A stretch of 62,491 bases of DNA, the filler included. It is 4 parts of 4 records of this genome, joined end to end, with 100 filler letters (N's around TTAATTAATTAA, not from the genome) between each part and the next. Parts side by side here need not be neighbours in the genome. Positions count along the whole stretch, not along the records: positions 21,592 to 36,853 come from SRR2962707_1803; positions 36,954 to 55,344 come from SRR2962707_1804; 2 more parts are not named here. One strand, given 5' to 3'. The notes under the pieces were generated by a model. The model did not search any database, had not been told where the DNA came from, and saw only the letters and a program-made list of their open reading frames with translations. This document shows positions 27,601-39,385 of this stretch, piece after piece. Each line of letters begins with the position of its first letter. Positions within the stretch are counted from its first letter, which is position 1. The translations under genes and the position numbers were made by a program.

Positions 27601-30600
27601 GGCCATGGGTTTGCGTGTCCTGCTGAAATGGTGGTCCACAGTGGCGATGCGCGGGCAACCTACCATTACTTCGCTTTAGCCTGACGCAGGTTTCAATGTT
27701 GGTTGTACAAAATGCTCCTGACAATGCGTCGTGTAAAGAACATGGGCATTACTCCAGCTCCACTATCAAGTTCATGGCTCATGCGTTGATGGGTGCCACA
27801 TTCTTCAACCCCATTGACTATACTTGGTCGCCGCTGATGCTGACAGTTCCACTTGATGTGCAACTTTTTTGCACAAATGCGGTCTATTCGTCATTTGAAT
27901 TGAGTATTTCTTGCGAGCAGGACCTCATCATTAACTTTTCCGACTTGTGGCTTCGCCACATTCTGTATGTGCTGCACCGCAATACGCTGAGCAAGCTGAA
28001 TTGCTCGTTGGCTTCAACTCCTCTAAACCTTGTGCGAAAGGAGCAATTTCAGCCGTTCAGCGACAATTCACATGTTTTTGAGTTAAAGATCAACGTGATT
28101 AACGAAACGTTTGAGAATTTTTCATGGGGTACGTGAACTTGCAGTTGCGCTTGTGTTCACATGCTTGCAACTGGCATTTTTAGGAAACAATAATCCTCGT
28201 GCGTTAATATGCATGCAGCGACGTCACGAGGAACTGAGTCGCAAAATCAGTTAGCTTTTACGTCCAATTCAACAGTGCCCATGCGGTGCGTTTACCGCCG
28301 CAAAGGCGAGCGAAATCGCCACCGCGGAATCGATCTGCATGTCCGCATGTCTCAGCGCGTTGCACAAGCGCTATTGGCAACTACTGGTTCGCAACTTCAG
28401 ATGTTTGCATTTGTTGTTTTGGCTTGTTCCACCACATCGAATGAGGACTGCTGTTTCGTGCAGGCGCAACGGACAGCAACGCGACTAGCGTGTCATCCAT
28501 GTTGGATGACACCCACGTTGTATTCTCGGCACGCAATGTGCTTAATGACGGAGCCCATTTGCTGGATGGGCTACATGGCTCGCTTGTTTGCGACACACGA
28601 TGGTCTGACCACAATACTCTGCAACTGCGCATTCGCACGCATGCACGAATCGCGAATCAATCCTCAAAAACTCTTACTCTGCAGCTGTTTGCCCCCGATG
28701 AACGCCGTCCGAGCTCGAGCGTCACTGACAAGCAACACGAAATTGGCCCTGATCCAGAGCATTTGCTCAATGTTGCAGGACATAGTTCCACCTGGCTGCC
28801 CGTTAAATTTCTCGCGGGGTTCTACCTTTGTGCACAGCCACTTGAGAATCGGAAGGCGTCTGTATTTCATGCGTCCGCTCCTGTATTGCTTGAAGGCTGC
28901 GCGGAAGCTCTGTGCGGTGTACGCGCTGCAACTCGAAAAAACAGGAAATTCGCCGCGCCTGTTGTCTGTTTTCCGTCGTGTTCGTGTGTGACAGCGTCGT
29001 CTGCACATGCTGACCCTTTCATTCTGACAGTGTGCGCCGAGTGGCGCCGTGTGTCCGCGACAAACAACTCGTCGCCTGCAGGCGAGTACTCCATTTATCT
29101 GTCTCCACCATTGCAATTCGAAAACTGTCTTCCTGTGCCAGTCGATGTTGTTATGCGGACACAGGCTACCATTGAACCAGCTGCACTTGTCACGCCAATT
29201 GCCATTCGCAACGCGTGCCCACCCTCAACTGGCCCTCTTTGTCTTGTTGTTGTGAGCAACGACACAAGGCACTGTTTGCACGGTGAGGCACGCTCAAACT
29301 CAGGTCATGTGCAGGCTCGCACTGTGTCTGCATTTTCGACAGCTGCGTGGCACAGTGAGTTTGTAAAAGGCGGCGAAGCCCATCATGCAATGTCGTACGA
29401 GCATCAAGGTCTATGGACATTTGCGATCGGAGAAATCGAAAAAATGCAGACTTCTTGGAGTCTCAAATTGGTGGAAAGTCCACGTCCCGACGGATCAGCG
29501 CGCTTGAGTTTGGCGCCACCGAACGTACACACAGATATTCTACGCCGCTACAAGCAGGAACGCAGGACACCCCAGCTGCTGCAGCCAGTTGTAAAATGCC
29601 GAGTCAGCCATCGTACCGTTGAACGAGTGGTTGTCTTGAATATTCAGCTAAGCGACCGCGACTCTCGCTGTGCTACTCGTGGGTTACGCGTGCGACGATT
29701 TTCCGTGCAACCAGGGGCGACCGTTGACGTGTTCGTACTCGTACACCGCCTTGACAAGGAAGTGAAGAAGGTGCTTTTGTTGCACTTTTTGCAAACGCAC
29801 TCACTTTTTTTGCTTGCATGTTAGACACTCTTGTCATCCGCTCTCACTGACTACGTTTGGAGTTCGCTTGGCTTTGCTACATGCGGTGGACGGGCCATCA
29901 AAGACGGTACTGTGGAACGCTGTGAAAAAAACAGACAGCGGCCCTGAACTGGCTTCGGTCACTGAGCACGCACAGCCATTATGCTTCGTCCAGCCACCAT
30001 CTTCATCAGCCCAGTTTCGGCAGAGGATGACCACTGAAAAGTCCACATTCGACCAGGCGACAAGTTTCGGAAAGGGCCAGACGGTGCTAAAAGCCAGAGC
30101 TCTTGAGGCATTTTCGGACTGCTTACCTGAAGATTGCGATGCCAGCCACTTCGTTCGAAGCTCACAAGAGACGCTTCCCTGGGGGACGCATGCCGTTTCC
30201 TTGTGGTGCAGTGTTTGGATCTTTAACACGACGGTCCTCCCAATGTCTTTCGAAGATCCAAACACTGGCCGCTTGGCGATAGCTGTCAACTCTTCGGTTG
30301 CTGTCCAAAACGGTGCTTCCTCACTATTTATGCTAGACAATGAAGACGCCGCTGGATCTGCAGGATGGAAGCAGTGGTTTGGTGGAAGCAAACCCGTCGC
30401 AGCCATGCAAAGCGTCGAATCAATAAAGATTGCTCTGCAATCCCAAACTCAATGGACGGACAGTTTGAAGATTGACACGCCCGGCACAACTCTTGATTTT
30501 TTCATGGACGATGTGTTCTCTGTTGGGGACCGCTTGCAGCTATCCCTTCGAGTTGACATGGTACGGCTTGATGAACCTTTGACTGCGTTTGGTATTTCTC

Positions 30601-33600
30601 GTCTTCGTGCGCAAACTCGCCAACTCAATCACGCGTGCATTTGAATGACCTGCTGAACCAGCTTCCTCGTTTCCAGTCGCACTCAGAGCGCGATTCCATT
30701 CACGCAAGCTCTCGCAATCAAGTAGCGTCGAATTTTCGTGCGAGAACGCGAATTGTCACAATCATGCCCTACGCGTCACTTTTCAACCTCCTACGACCAA
30801 CGCAAAGTGGCCGCAAGCTCCTCCTATTTTCCGTGCAAGCGCAGTCACAAAATGCGGCTGCAGGAGGTAGCAACGACTCCAACGTTCCAACGCATCGCTT
30901 ATCGACTCAGCTCGCGATGTGCAGCACCGTGCTCGATATGGATGCGAGGAGACCTCTTGTGTGGCAAGACCGTGCGAAGGCCAAAGCAGTGGCTGTGGTG
31001 CGTACGCAGAATTGTGATTAGAAACATTGAACTAGTATGCTTCTCATCGCTGTTTGGTAAACTTTGTGTAGGTGATCGTCGACGCGCCTTCAGATGTGGC
31101 ACTCGATAGGATCCGTTTGCTATTGGCTAAGCGTTTGAAAACACGTTTTGCGTGGTCACCGCCTATTCCCGTCGACTCTCTTGGGGAGCGTCTAATGAGT
31201 GTCGACCGTTTAGTTCTCCACCGTAACAAGCAAGCCTCGTCAGTGGCGCCCGGCTGTGAACACTGGCACAAAGCCAAACCATCATCGAACACCACCGAGT
31301 TTATTTGGACGTGCAGCAGCTCACGTGTGAGGGCCGAGGTCACAGTGCCTCGCGTAACCTCTGACGCCCGTTCCGTAGCTCATGCAGCGAATATGACCAT
31401 GCGTGATGTCGTTGGTATGGTAAACTTGTCCCGCTTCTGCGTTACTTTTCGCATCGCGGATGTTGAGTCACGTTTGCGTGACGATGCTGCTCAAAACGAG
31501 ACGGCTGAGCCTGCCATGCAAAGTCGTGTCCACTCGGTTTCGCGCGGAGTGCCAGCAGCAAAGTATATTACGACTTGCGTTGTGGAGAACGCGACCAGAC
31601 ATATTTGGTGGAAGGTTAGTCAACCAGTGGTTGGGACTGTAGACTGATATTGTGGCAATGTGTGCCTGTTTTCTCAAAAGTTTGATGTTTGTTCGAAGGT
31701 GCGCGATGAATTATGCCGTGGGAATTCCCATTGCAACGAGTCTCCTAGGTGGACGTTTGGGCGCCAGCCACCGAGCACCGTTGCTCCGGAGCAAAAAACA
31801 CGCTGGCAGTCATCGGGTGGTTCTGCATTTGACTCTGGCACCGTTTCGTTTGCAGTGATGGTTGCTGGTGCAGAACTGCCAGGCGCTCCTCGTCGCACCC
31901 CAGCGTTTTTTTCGTTCAAATGGAACAATAGCGGCTCTTGGATTGAGGCGGGTATCATGGGCAACAATATCAATGCAGCCTTTCGTTTGTGCGCACGCTG
32001 AGCTCTGAGCCAATTTGTTGATGATTTCTCGTGCAGGTGCCACATGGGTTTGATGGACGTCACTCGGAGACATTGAAAGTCAGTGGCGTTGCAAGTTGAG
32101 CAGAGAGCATGGCAGCAACCGTTGTTGTTGATTGTTTGGAACCGCCTTGACAACTGTGTCTCTCGCTTTCGCTTAGGCAAGCGCGCATGGTCAACGAATC
32201 GAACGGACAATTGTTTTTCAAGTTTTCCACGTTGATGTTGGTCTTCCGGACCAAGTGCAAACGTCGCACGCTTCTGTTCTGGCCCCACATCCAGGATTTA
32301 CCGACTCGCTTGTCGTGAAAGGTCGAGTGACTGTGTCACTGGGCAAAATTTGTGTAAAGGCTATGCCTGTTGACAGCGAAGCGTTCGTGTACGTACCAGC
32401 TTTTTGTTGTTGCTTTTTCCGATTGAAAAGATGCCGATGCTTACCTTCAACTGTCTAATAATGTAGGGAACTGTGCCTCGTCGACTTGCGGCTGTCGACC
32501 ACCAATTCGCAGCAACACAGCAGTGTTGACTTTCACGTTGGGTCAATTTGGATTTTTGACCATTCAAGTCCCAACAATCGCCCTGTTGCCTCTGATTCTT
32601 CCAGCGGACAGCCGAAATCCTCGAACGTGCCACATAAGCGCGATGCGTTTCCACACATTGTGTTTCCAACAGTGGTCCTGGGCCCCAATGACAAGGCCAT
32701 GGTACCTGCATGTGCCAAGATGTTGAATGTGCTTGAATGCTGCCAACTGTCCTTGCCGATCCACTTTTAAATTTGTGTGCATATCTGCATCATGCAGGAT
32801 TCGGACTTCGGGCGATGGCGAAGCACTTCAAGTGACGCCATTGCAAGTCCACCATTGCTGCGATTCATCATGCGATTTGTCCCCGCCGACGACAGGCTCA
32901 CGGTGGAGTCAGCGAAATTGCTTGTCCTCCCTTTACGACTGCAACTGAACCAAACGTGTGTGGAGATGCTGTCAACGTATTCAAGTGGAATCATGAGCCA
33001 GATCGACTTTTTTGAGGAAAAATCCGCGCGTGCACGGCGTCGCCACATGGCACCCATTGAAAGCAAGAGTTCTCCTGGAGCTGTGAATCAAATGCGCCAC
33101 CAAAGCAACGTTTTATGCATTGCTACGTCGCGAATAACCCCGGACCTTGAACTCTTTGTGCATGTACTTTCACAGCCGCGGGCACTTGAAGCGGCTGTAA
33201 TTGATCGTTTGAAAGAACATTTCGATGATTATTCAATCGGCGCAACTTCCAATCAATGGCAACTCACTCCGTTCTTCCGTCGCTTCAGTTGCTCGGCCAT
33301 CACCTTGCATATAGCCGCGACGGCCGGTGCTTTTACCGCGACCATCCGTGCTGCCGGTCGTGGACAAGGCGCGATGAGTCGCAATTTGTCTTATCTTCTG
33401 CCGCGTCTCGTGGTACCAAGCAGCGAAATCACAGTCCGTGTCCCGGCGTTTGATTTGTCAGAACCGGTGCCTGGCAGTTTGAGCGAGAAGCAAATGATTG
33501 GAGCTGCAGACGGAGGGTTACTTGTCCCACTTGGCTCCGTGTGGGCTGCGTGGCAGCAGCATGGGTACCCTACCGCTGTACGCCAGCTTCTTGGACAGCT

Positions 33601-34823
33601 ATCCACGTCACTCGGAAATCGATTGCTTGGTTTTAAGGCTGTCAAGTCGCTTTTCAACATTGCGAGTACTGTGGCTGCGGCGTCCATTTCACCGCTTCGA
33701 CAGGCAGTACGGGACTCATTTTCTGAGTCCGATGGTCAACTGCTTGCTGCGCCGGGGACCGCCGCGTCTTCGGGCTCAACTGGGCTTCCGAAAGTTCTGT
33801 TCGGAAGCACTGCGAACGTGTTTTTGTGGGCAGATGTGTTGCGTTGCTCTGAAGCACTGCGCGAGGTATGGTCGCACGTGGGATCGGCGGTCGGCGATGA
33901 AGCCAGGCCGTTTCGGTCCGGACCATGGGAGTTGCCTGTGCAAGCACGTGCCGCAGGTGTTGGTCGCTGGACGTATGTCGACAAGCGTCAGAGGTGCGTT
34001 TTGAGCCGATGCTATGCCCTCTTTCACGTCTGTCGGTGACAATCTCGTCTGTTCACGAGTTCACTTTATTTTCACAACCGTAGGAATCTTGTTGGATGTG
34101 AATTGTTCGATGTGCTTCTTGTCCCCCAGAATGGGTTGTTGGGGTTCCGCGTTTCTGAAGTATGTGTGGCCCGCCCCATGGTTGCGTTCGTGCCAAGACA
34201 AGGCCATGTCTATTGGTTTGGGCTCGACTGTACCTGTCGTGGGTGTTGCCCGTTGCTCGTAGGTCTTGTTCGTAGACACAGACGGCCGTAAATCGGCCGT
34301 GCACCGGGACATTGTTCTGAGCTCCTTCTCTCGTGTGACTGCGCGAGCGTCCTCGTTGGCTGGTGTTCACCGCCATGCTGCCCGCCACAGCCATGTCGGC
34401 CGGCTACTCCCGGCGGAGAAGTGTGGGTCACTGCGACACTGGGATGTGGTCCTGGCGGTCGATGGTCAACTTGTGCAGGGAAAGTCGCGCGATCAAGCGA
34501 GGCGCATGTTGCAAAGATCCGTCAGGAACGCTGCTCGTTCCGAAGGAGCCGTACCATGTGCCCAACAAGGGTCCTCCCCCATGGTCGGGGGCTCTCATTA
34601 TCGGCAGGGTGTTCGGATCACAATAGTTCGTCGGCCGCAAAAGCATTGGAAAGTCATCACTTGTTCTCAGTGTTCTGTGGCATGCCTGCACGATCTGCGA
34701 GCACTTGCGCGCGTACTGCAGGCACGGCATCATGCGCGCGGCAGCACCGATAGTGGCCATGTCAGCGCTGACGAGAAACTACCTGCGGTTTGCTGCAGTT
34801 GTGGGACGGTGACGAAGATTTGA
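21594..34823 (+). CDS. VPS13: Multi-exon eukaryotic VPS13-family lipid-transfer protein, 5'-truncated
   Basis: Chorein-like IQITVRNVHVRVE and AWWDFAISS, KQYALLFNVVDENI, VAB-like YLSPPLQFENCLP and WIFNTTVLP. Frame-restoring GT-AG introns inferred at 23421-23504, 24611-24700, 25287-25378, 25460-25556, 25680-25752, 25939-26021, 26948-27031, 27534-27641, 28129-28218, 28387-28463, 33994-34083 and 34160-34262. Introns between ~29.7 and 32.8 kb were not resolved. Confidence 0.8.
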
Positions 34824-34944
34824 AATTTCGGGATCAAAAGTTTATTTATTTTTATTTATTGTCTGAAGTTACTTTTCAGTGTTTGGTTGCGTTTGGACGA
34901 ACATGTGCAAAGAATACTTTGGCAAGAAAGCATCGAAGGCGATC

Positions 34945-36821
34945 TTATTTTCCTGCGTCTTGACGCCGGGAAGGAAGCTTGTGGTCCCAGAGCTCTGTCA
35001 AATCAAAGCGCAAAAAAGGGCGGTTGCATGCCATGCCAGCCTTGTCTTCGCCTGTGACAGTGATGTCCGAATATCAGCGAGCAAAGAAAATGAGAAACAC
35101 TCGGAAGTCGCAGGCGATGGATATGCAGCACAGACTGCCAGACCTACCATAGGTGCCGTTGGCGTCGACGGCGCCCACAGACACAAGCATCTTTTGGTTG
35201 GGGTAGTCATACACTGCAATGTGAACATCTCCTGTGGGGCCAAGCTGTTGTGGCAACTGAGCGAACGTTTCAATCGAGAGGTTGCCGTAATGGGACTAAT
35301 GCATGCCAAAACCAAAAAATAAATTACAATGACGACGCCGACAGTCACGCTGAAACAGTGCGGTGTGGTCCAGGACACCAACAGTGGCATCAACACTAGG
35401 GAACACCAACCTTCAATATGGACGGCATCATGTCTGGATCATGCGTGGGCTGTGGGTGACGGTCCACGTACGCGATATCCTGAATCGGCACTGACTCCGT
35501 CACATTGGAAATGTTGCGCCAGTCAAAAGCATCTACTGCCTTTTCGTGATACCTGCAACGGCGTCAATGAGTTACAGGCCAAACTTAAACAATGAGCAAG
35601 CATTCCCCCCCCAACACAAACACAGCGCACTGCCCTTGTGACACGTACTGGAGAACATCAAAGTTGTTGCCAGTGTCACCCGTCCCCAAGAAAACGCTCC
35701 AAGTGCGGTCTTGATTGCGCGCATACTCAAGCGCTTGCGCAGTGGAGTTGGTGAATTGCACCATTTCTCGCATGACTGTGGACACGGCACGCCCCTGGCA
35801 AAATTGCACGAGCAACAAGCAGTGTCAGCACAGATTGTGGAACAGCGCATGGACGGCTGCGAGAATGCGTGGGTGGGCTCTGAACTAGCCGCGCTGAAGC
35901 TAGTTCCCAGCGCAGACCAAAACTACGGACCTTGTACGTTCCAGGCTGCAACCCAGTGCCGTTGTCGTAGACCTCGTGCACTTTTTCTGACAAACCTACG
36001 AACTGAGAAATGCCCGTGACCAGATTGGAGAACCCCGCGAACCCCACGGACGCAAAAGAGTTCCCTGCGTCCGGGTGGTACACCGTGAGCAGACTGTAGT
36101 TCGCAAACGGGCCACCGCCAAAGTCAAGCGCACGAAGCTGGTTCAGCCCGCCCGACGGAGTCGAGTTGCCTGTCGCGCCAACAATCGAGCAGCTCATTCG
36201 GATAAGCTCCGGCAGCAGGTTGAATCGAATCAATCGGCCCGTAAGTTTCTGCACATCGCAAGCTCCGCCCACGCCACGGCTTCCGCGGTCGATCGGAGCG
36301 CCGCTCTCACACAGACCCTCCGCCATTCCGGCAAGCTCGTCGAGGACGTGCGACGGACTGGACTCCAGGTACGACTTTTGCACCCCGTACACGTACTCCA
36401 GGGCGATGTTGAACACTTCCGGAGCCGCCGAAGCCACCGACTCGTCGAAAAGTTTCACCAGCCAGTCCGGGAGGCCGGCGGGCAGCACGCTTTCCACCTG
36501 CTGCTCGAAGAACGCGGGCATCTTGTCATTCAGAAACGTCGCTGCAAAGTCGCCCAGCAGCAGGCCGTGGGCTCTGCCCATCTCCTTCGGCGAGCCGTAC
36601 ACGTGAAGAACGCGCAGCTGCTGAGCGGGCTCAGCAGCAGCAGAGGACGAAGCTGGGACAGTCACGAGATGCAGCTCTCCGTTCGAAGTGCTGTTGACCA
36701 GCGTGCTGTACGCCGAAGCATCGAAGATGGGAATCTGAGGGTAAGAAGTGCTTGCAGAGGGCGAGGCAGAGAGCGCGGCTGCGGCCGCGGCAAGCGCGGC
36801 TGACTTGAAGAGCCCGGGCAT
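34945..36821 (-). CDS. Multi-exon secreted Ntn hydrolase, Dcd1/acid-ceramidase-like (peptidase C45-like)
   Basis: Signal peptide, YGSPKEMGRAHG, LIRMS|CSIVGA nucleophile Cys, QLRALDF, last exon ACNRPFLRFDL...*. Introns 35795-35930 and 35052-35147 restore frame. Middle exons are only partly resolved. Confidence 0.78.
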
Positions 36822-36822
36822 C

Positions 36823-36853
36823 AAGAACAAGAACAAGAACGAGAACAAGAACA
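36823..36853 (+). repeat. (AAGAAC)n microsatellite at the contig end
   Basis: Tandem AAGAAC units with one variant. Confidence 0.75.
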
Positions 36854-36953
36854 NNNNNNNNNNNNNNNNNNNNNNNNNNNNNNNNNNNNNNNNNNNNTTA
36901 ATTAATTAANNNNNNNNNNNNNNNNNNNNNNNNNNNNNNNNNNNNNNNNNNNN
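36854..36953. other. Artificial contig linker
   Basis: N-run, TTAATTAATTAA, N-run. Confidence 0.98.
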
Positions 36954-37059
36954 TGTTCTGGGCGCGCATGCGGGCCGCGTGCTCGGGCTTGATGGCGTTC
37001 CAGGTCGGGTTTTGCTTCAGCAGGGAAGCGATGGCGTCAACGTCTTTTGCGTATGGCAT
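36954..37059 (-). CDS. aceA: Isocitrate lyase, 5' end only
   Basis: MPYAKDVDAIASLLKQNPTWNAIKPEHAARMRAQN matches the N-terminus of Pseudomonas-type ICL. Confidence 0.82.
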
Positions 37060-37249
37060 GGTCTCAGTCCTGTTTCTAAGGTTTGAGGTGCTCTTTTATG
37101 AAGCATAAAAGCGACTTCAGCGAGCCAGCGTCCGTTCAAAAAATAACCAGACCGCTGACATTGAGGGTTACTTTAGTGGCTTTGATTTTATAATTGAAAT
37201 TTATATTATCTATATTCGGCATTTTTTGTATGAATGAAGACATCTTCCC

Positions 37250-39196
37250 TCACGCATTGCAAAGAACAACGAGCCGATCAGCGCTATTCAGGTCAAGATA
37301 CTCGTCCCGTGGCGGGCTCAGCGCCAGATGCCGCCCCAACGAGTCGGGCTGCGCGCGCCATATGCCCAGCGCCACTTCTCCTTCCGCAGCGACCGTTTTC
37401 TCCAGTACCTGAAAATCCGCGCTGGCAGGCAAAGGATAGTCCTGGGGATCCCGGAACTGCACCTCAGCACCGCCCACCGTAAACAGCTCATCCAGCACCA
37501 CCCTCAGCTCCCGCCGCAGGGCGACCTGAGCAAGCACGTGACTGATGATCATTGGGCTGATCAGCATTTCACTCTGGTGGCCCATTAACAGATTTCGATT
37601 GTCCGGGTCGCTCAGTTCCATGATCAGTTGGGGGCGCCTATCACCCTCACTCAACAGGTCTTCCAGTTGCAGGTAACCCACCATGGCACGGGCGTCAGCT
37701 TCCTCGCCGGACGCCAGACGATCACTGCTCAACAACATAATGGAGTCATAGTTGAGCGGCCCAACCCGCCTCAACTCGCCTTCCACCATGTAATCCGCTT
37801 CGATATGGCGGCAGATCACGTCCCGCTGCCCCCCCAGGTAACGGTCAATTTCCTGTTCCCGCTCCTTGGCAGGCACTACCGAAACGAGATCCACCTCGAA
37901 CCGCCGTTGGCTGTAGCTGGAAAACTCATCGATCAGGCTTGGCACCCGGCGATTCCATCCCAGCACAAGAATCCGGTGAACCCCGCCTGAAAGCGAGACA
38001 GCCCGGCTTGCGGGTTCACCTCGAGTGATAACCGGCAGCGGCGGCACCTTCGAATCCGACTCGGTTTCGGTGTAGTCCCTGGCCATCATGACAACCCGGT
38101 CCCCGGCCTCAATCACCGTGTCTGACGACGCCGGCATCCTCACCATCCAGGCCTTGCCCGACCGCTTCAGAATACCCAGCACAATTGCCTGGGGCCGCAG
38201 AGAGGCCAATTCTCCGAGGGACAGTCCCGCCAGGGCATCGCCACCCCGGATGTAGATTTCACAACCCTCACCGGCGGTCAGAAGTTCGTTGTAAATTTCC
38301 GACAACCCCGGATGGAGGATGTTCTGCACCATTAGCCGGCTTATGGTGGCATCGCCGGCAACCACCTCCACCTCTCCGGGATAGGCACGCTCAATCACCG
38401 GGAGCTTGCGCACATCCTGTATCTCGGCAATGACAAAGGGCAGTGATGCCCCCAGGTGTCGTGCCTGAGCAGCAATGGACAGCAACGCCTTCACGGTCTC
38501 CACGTCCGATGTCACCAGGCTGCCCGCCTGATGGGAGGCACTGGGCACTATGACTGCCGCGGCATCCAGGCAGGCTACCCTCTGCAAGGCATCCGGCTGA
38601 ATGGCAGCGCCGGCACGGAGGATGATCTGGCGAGACTTGCGCCCGATACCGGGCTCGTCGCGCAACTCATGCACCTGGGCCGCCGAGGCGTGCTCGGACA
38701 GCACCACCAGGCGCAAGCGGTTGGTTTCACGTTTTTCCAGGAAACGGCGCATGCGCCCTGATGACCCCAGCAACTCGCCCAACAGCGGCAAGGTCTGGCT
38801 GGTCCAGCCCAGAACTACGATGTGATTTCTCAGCGTAACCGGGGTTAGCCCCCGCTCCAGGTCGGTCATCTTGGCGATCAACCAGCGCGTCAGGATAGCC
38901 ACCAGCGTGCCCATGAAAACCACATAACCGCTGACGGTGAGAATGGTGGACACAAACCGCTGCCAGTTACCCACATCGTCTCCGAGATAGCCCGGGTCCG
39001 TCAGCCGCAAAAAAGCCCACCAGATGGCGTCGCCGACATCTTCAAAAGGCGTTCCGAGGGGGATCACCAGCAGCCCGCCAACAAGCGAAATGATGCCTAT
39101 AAAGACACCCACCACTAACAACTGAAAGCCCGCACCTTTTACAAGTTGGCGCTCAACGATGAACTTCACGCGGTCAACAAAACGAAAGGGGATCAT
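37250..39196 (-). CDS. CASTOR/POLLUX/DMI1-like cation channel with RCK domains
   Basis: TM-pore-TM (WWAFLRLTDPGYLG), HIVVLGW and RILVLGWN RCK motifs, ELFTVGGAE. Confidence 0.78.
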   Translation of the reverse strand: MIPFRFVDRVKFIVERQLVKGAGFQLLVVGVFIGIISLVGGLLVIPLGTPFEDVGDAIWWAFLRLTDPGYLGDDVGNWQRFVSTILTVSGYVVFMGTLVAILTRWLIAKMTDLERGLTPVTLRNHIVVLGWTSQTLPLLGELLGSSGRMRRFLEKRETNRLRLVVLSEHASAAQVHELRDEPGIGRKSRQIILRAGAAIQPDALQRVACLDAAAVIVPSASHQAGSLVTSDVETVKALLSIAAQARHLGASLPFVIAEIQDVRKLPVIERAYPGEVEVVAGDATISRLMVQNILHPGLSEIYNELLTAGEGCEIYIRGGDALAGLSLGELASLRPQAIVLGILKRSGKAWMVRMPASSDTVIEAGDRVVMMARDYTETESDSKVPPLPVITRGEPASRAVSLSGGVHRILVLGWNRRVPSLIDEFSSYSQRRFEVDLVSVVPAKEREQEIDRYLGGQRDVICRHIEADYMVEGELRRVGPLNYDSIMLLSSDRLASGEEADARAMVGYLQLEDLLSEGDRRPQLIMELSDPDNRNLLMGHQSEMLISPMIISHVLAQVALRRELRVVLDELFTVGGAEVQFRDPQDYPLPASADFQVLEKTVAAEGEVALGIWRAQPDSLGRHLALSPPRDEYLDLNSADRLVVLCNA

Positions 39197-39385
39197 GATC
39201 GTCCTTCTGGCAAGATGGGGAATGTCGGTAGCATAGCGCAGAACGTATGGAATAAAACCGGAGCGGTGCCTTATAGCACGCTCGTTCACGAACAATTGAC
39301 TGGCTACGCAATCCGCAGCATCGTATAGATGTCTATCAAGTTCTCCAACGCGGCCCTGAGCGGCTGCAAGACTGGCCGGTTTTTC

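Noticed and set aside
34945-36821. Ceramidase-like gene as a partner of the phosphonolipid-scavenging system
   Set aside because: It lies on a different contig from a different domain of life.
21592-36853. Horizontal transfer of eukaryotic DNA into a bacterium, or a heavily pseudogenised or recoded region
   Set aside because: The segment is bounded by linkers, and the frame breaks are explained by GT-AG introns.
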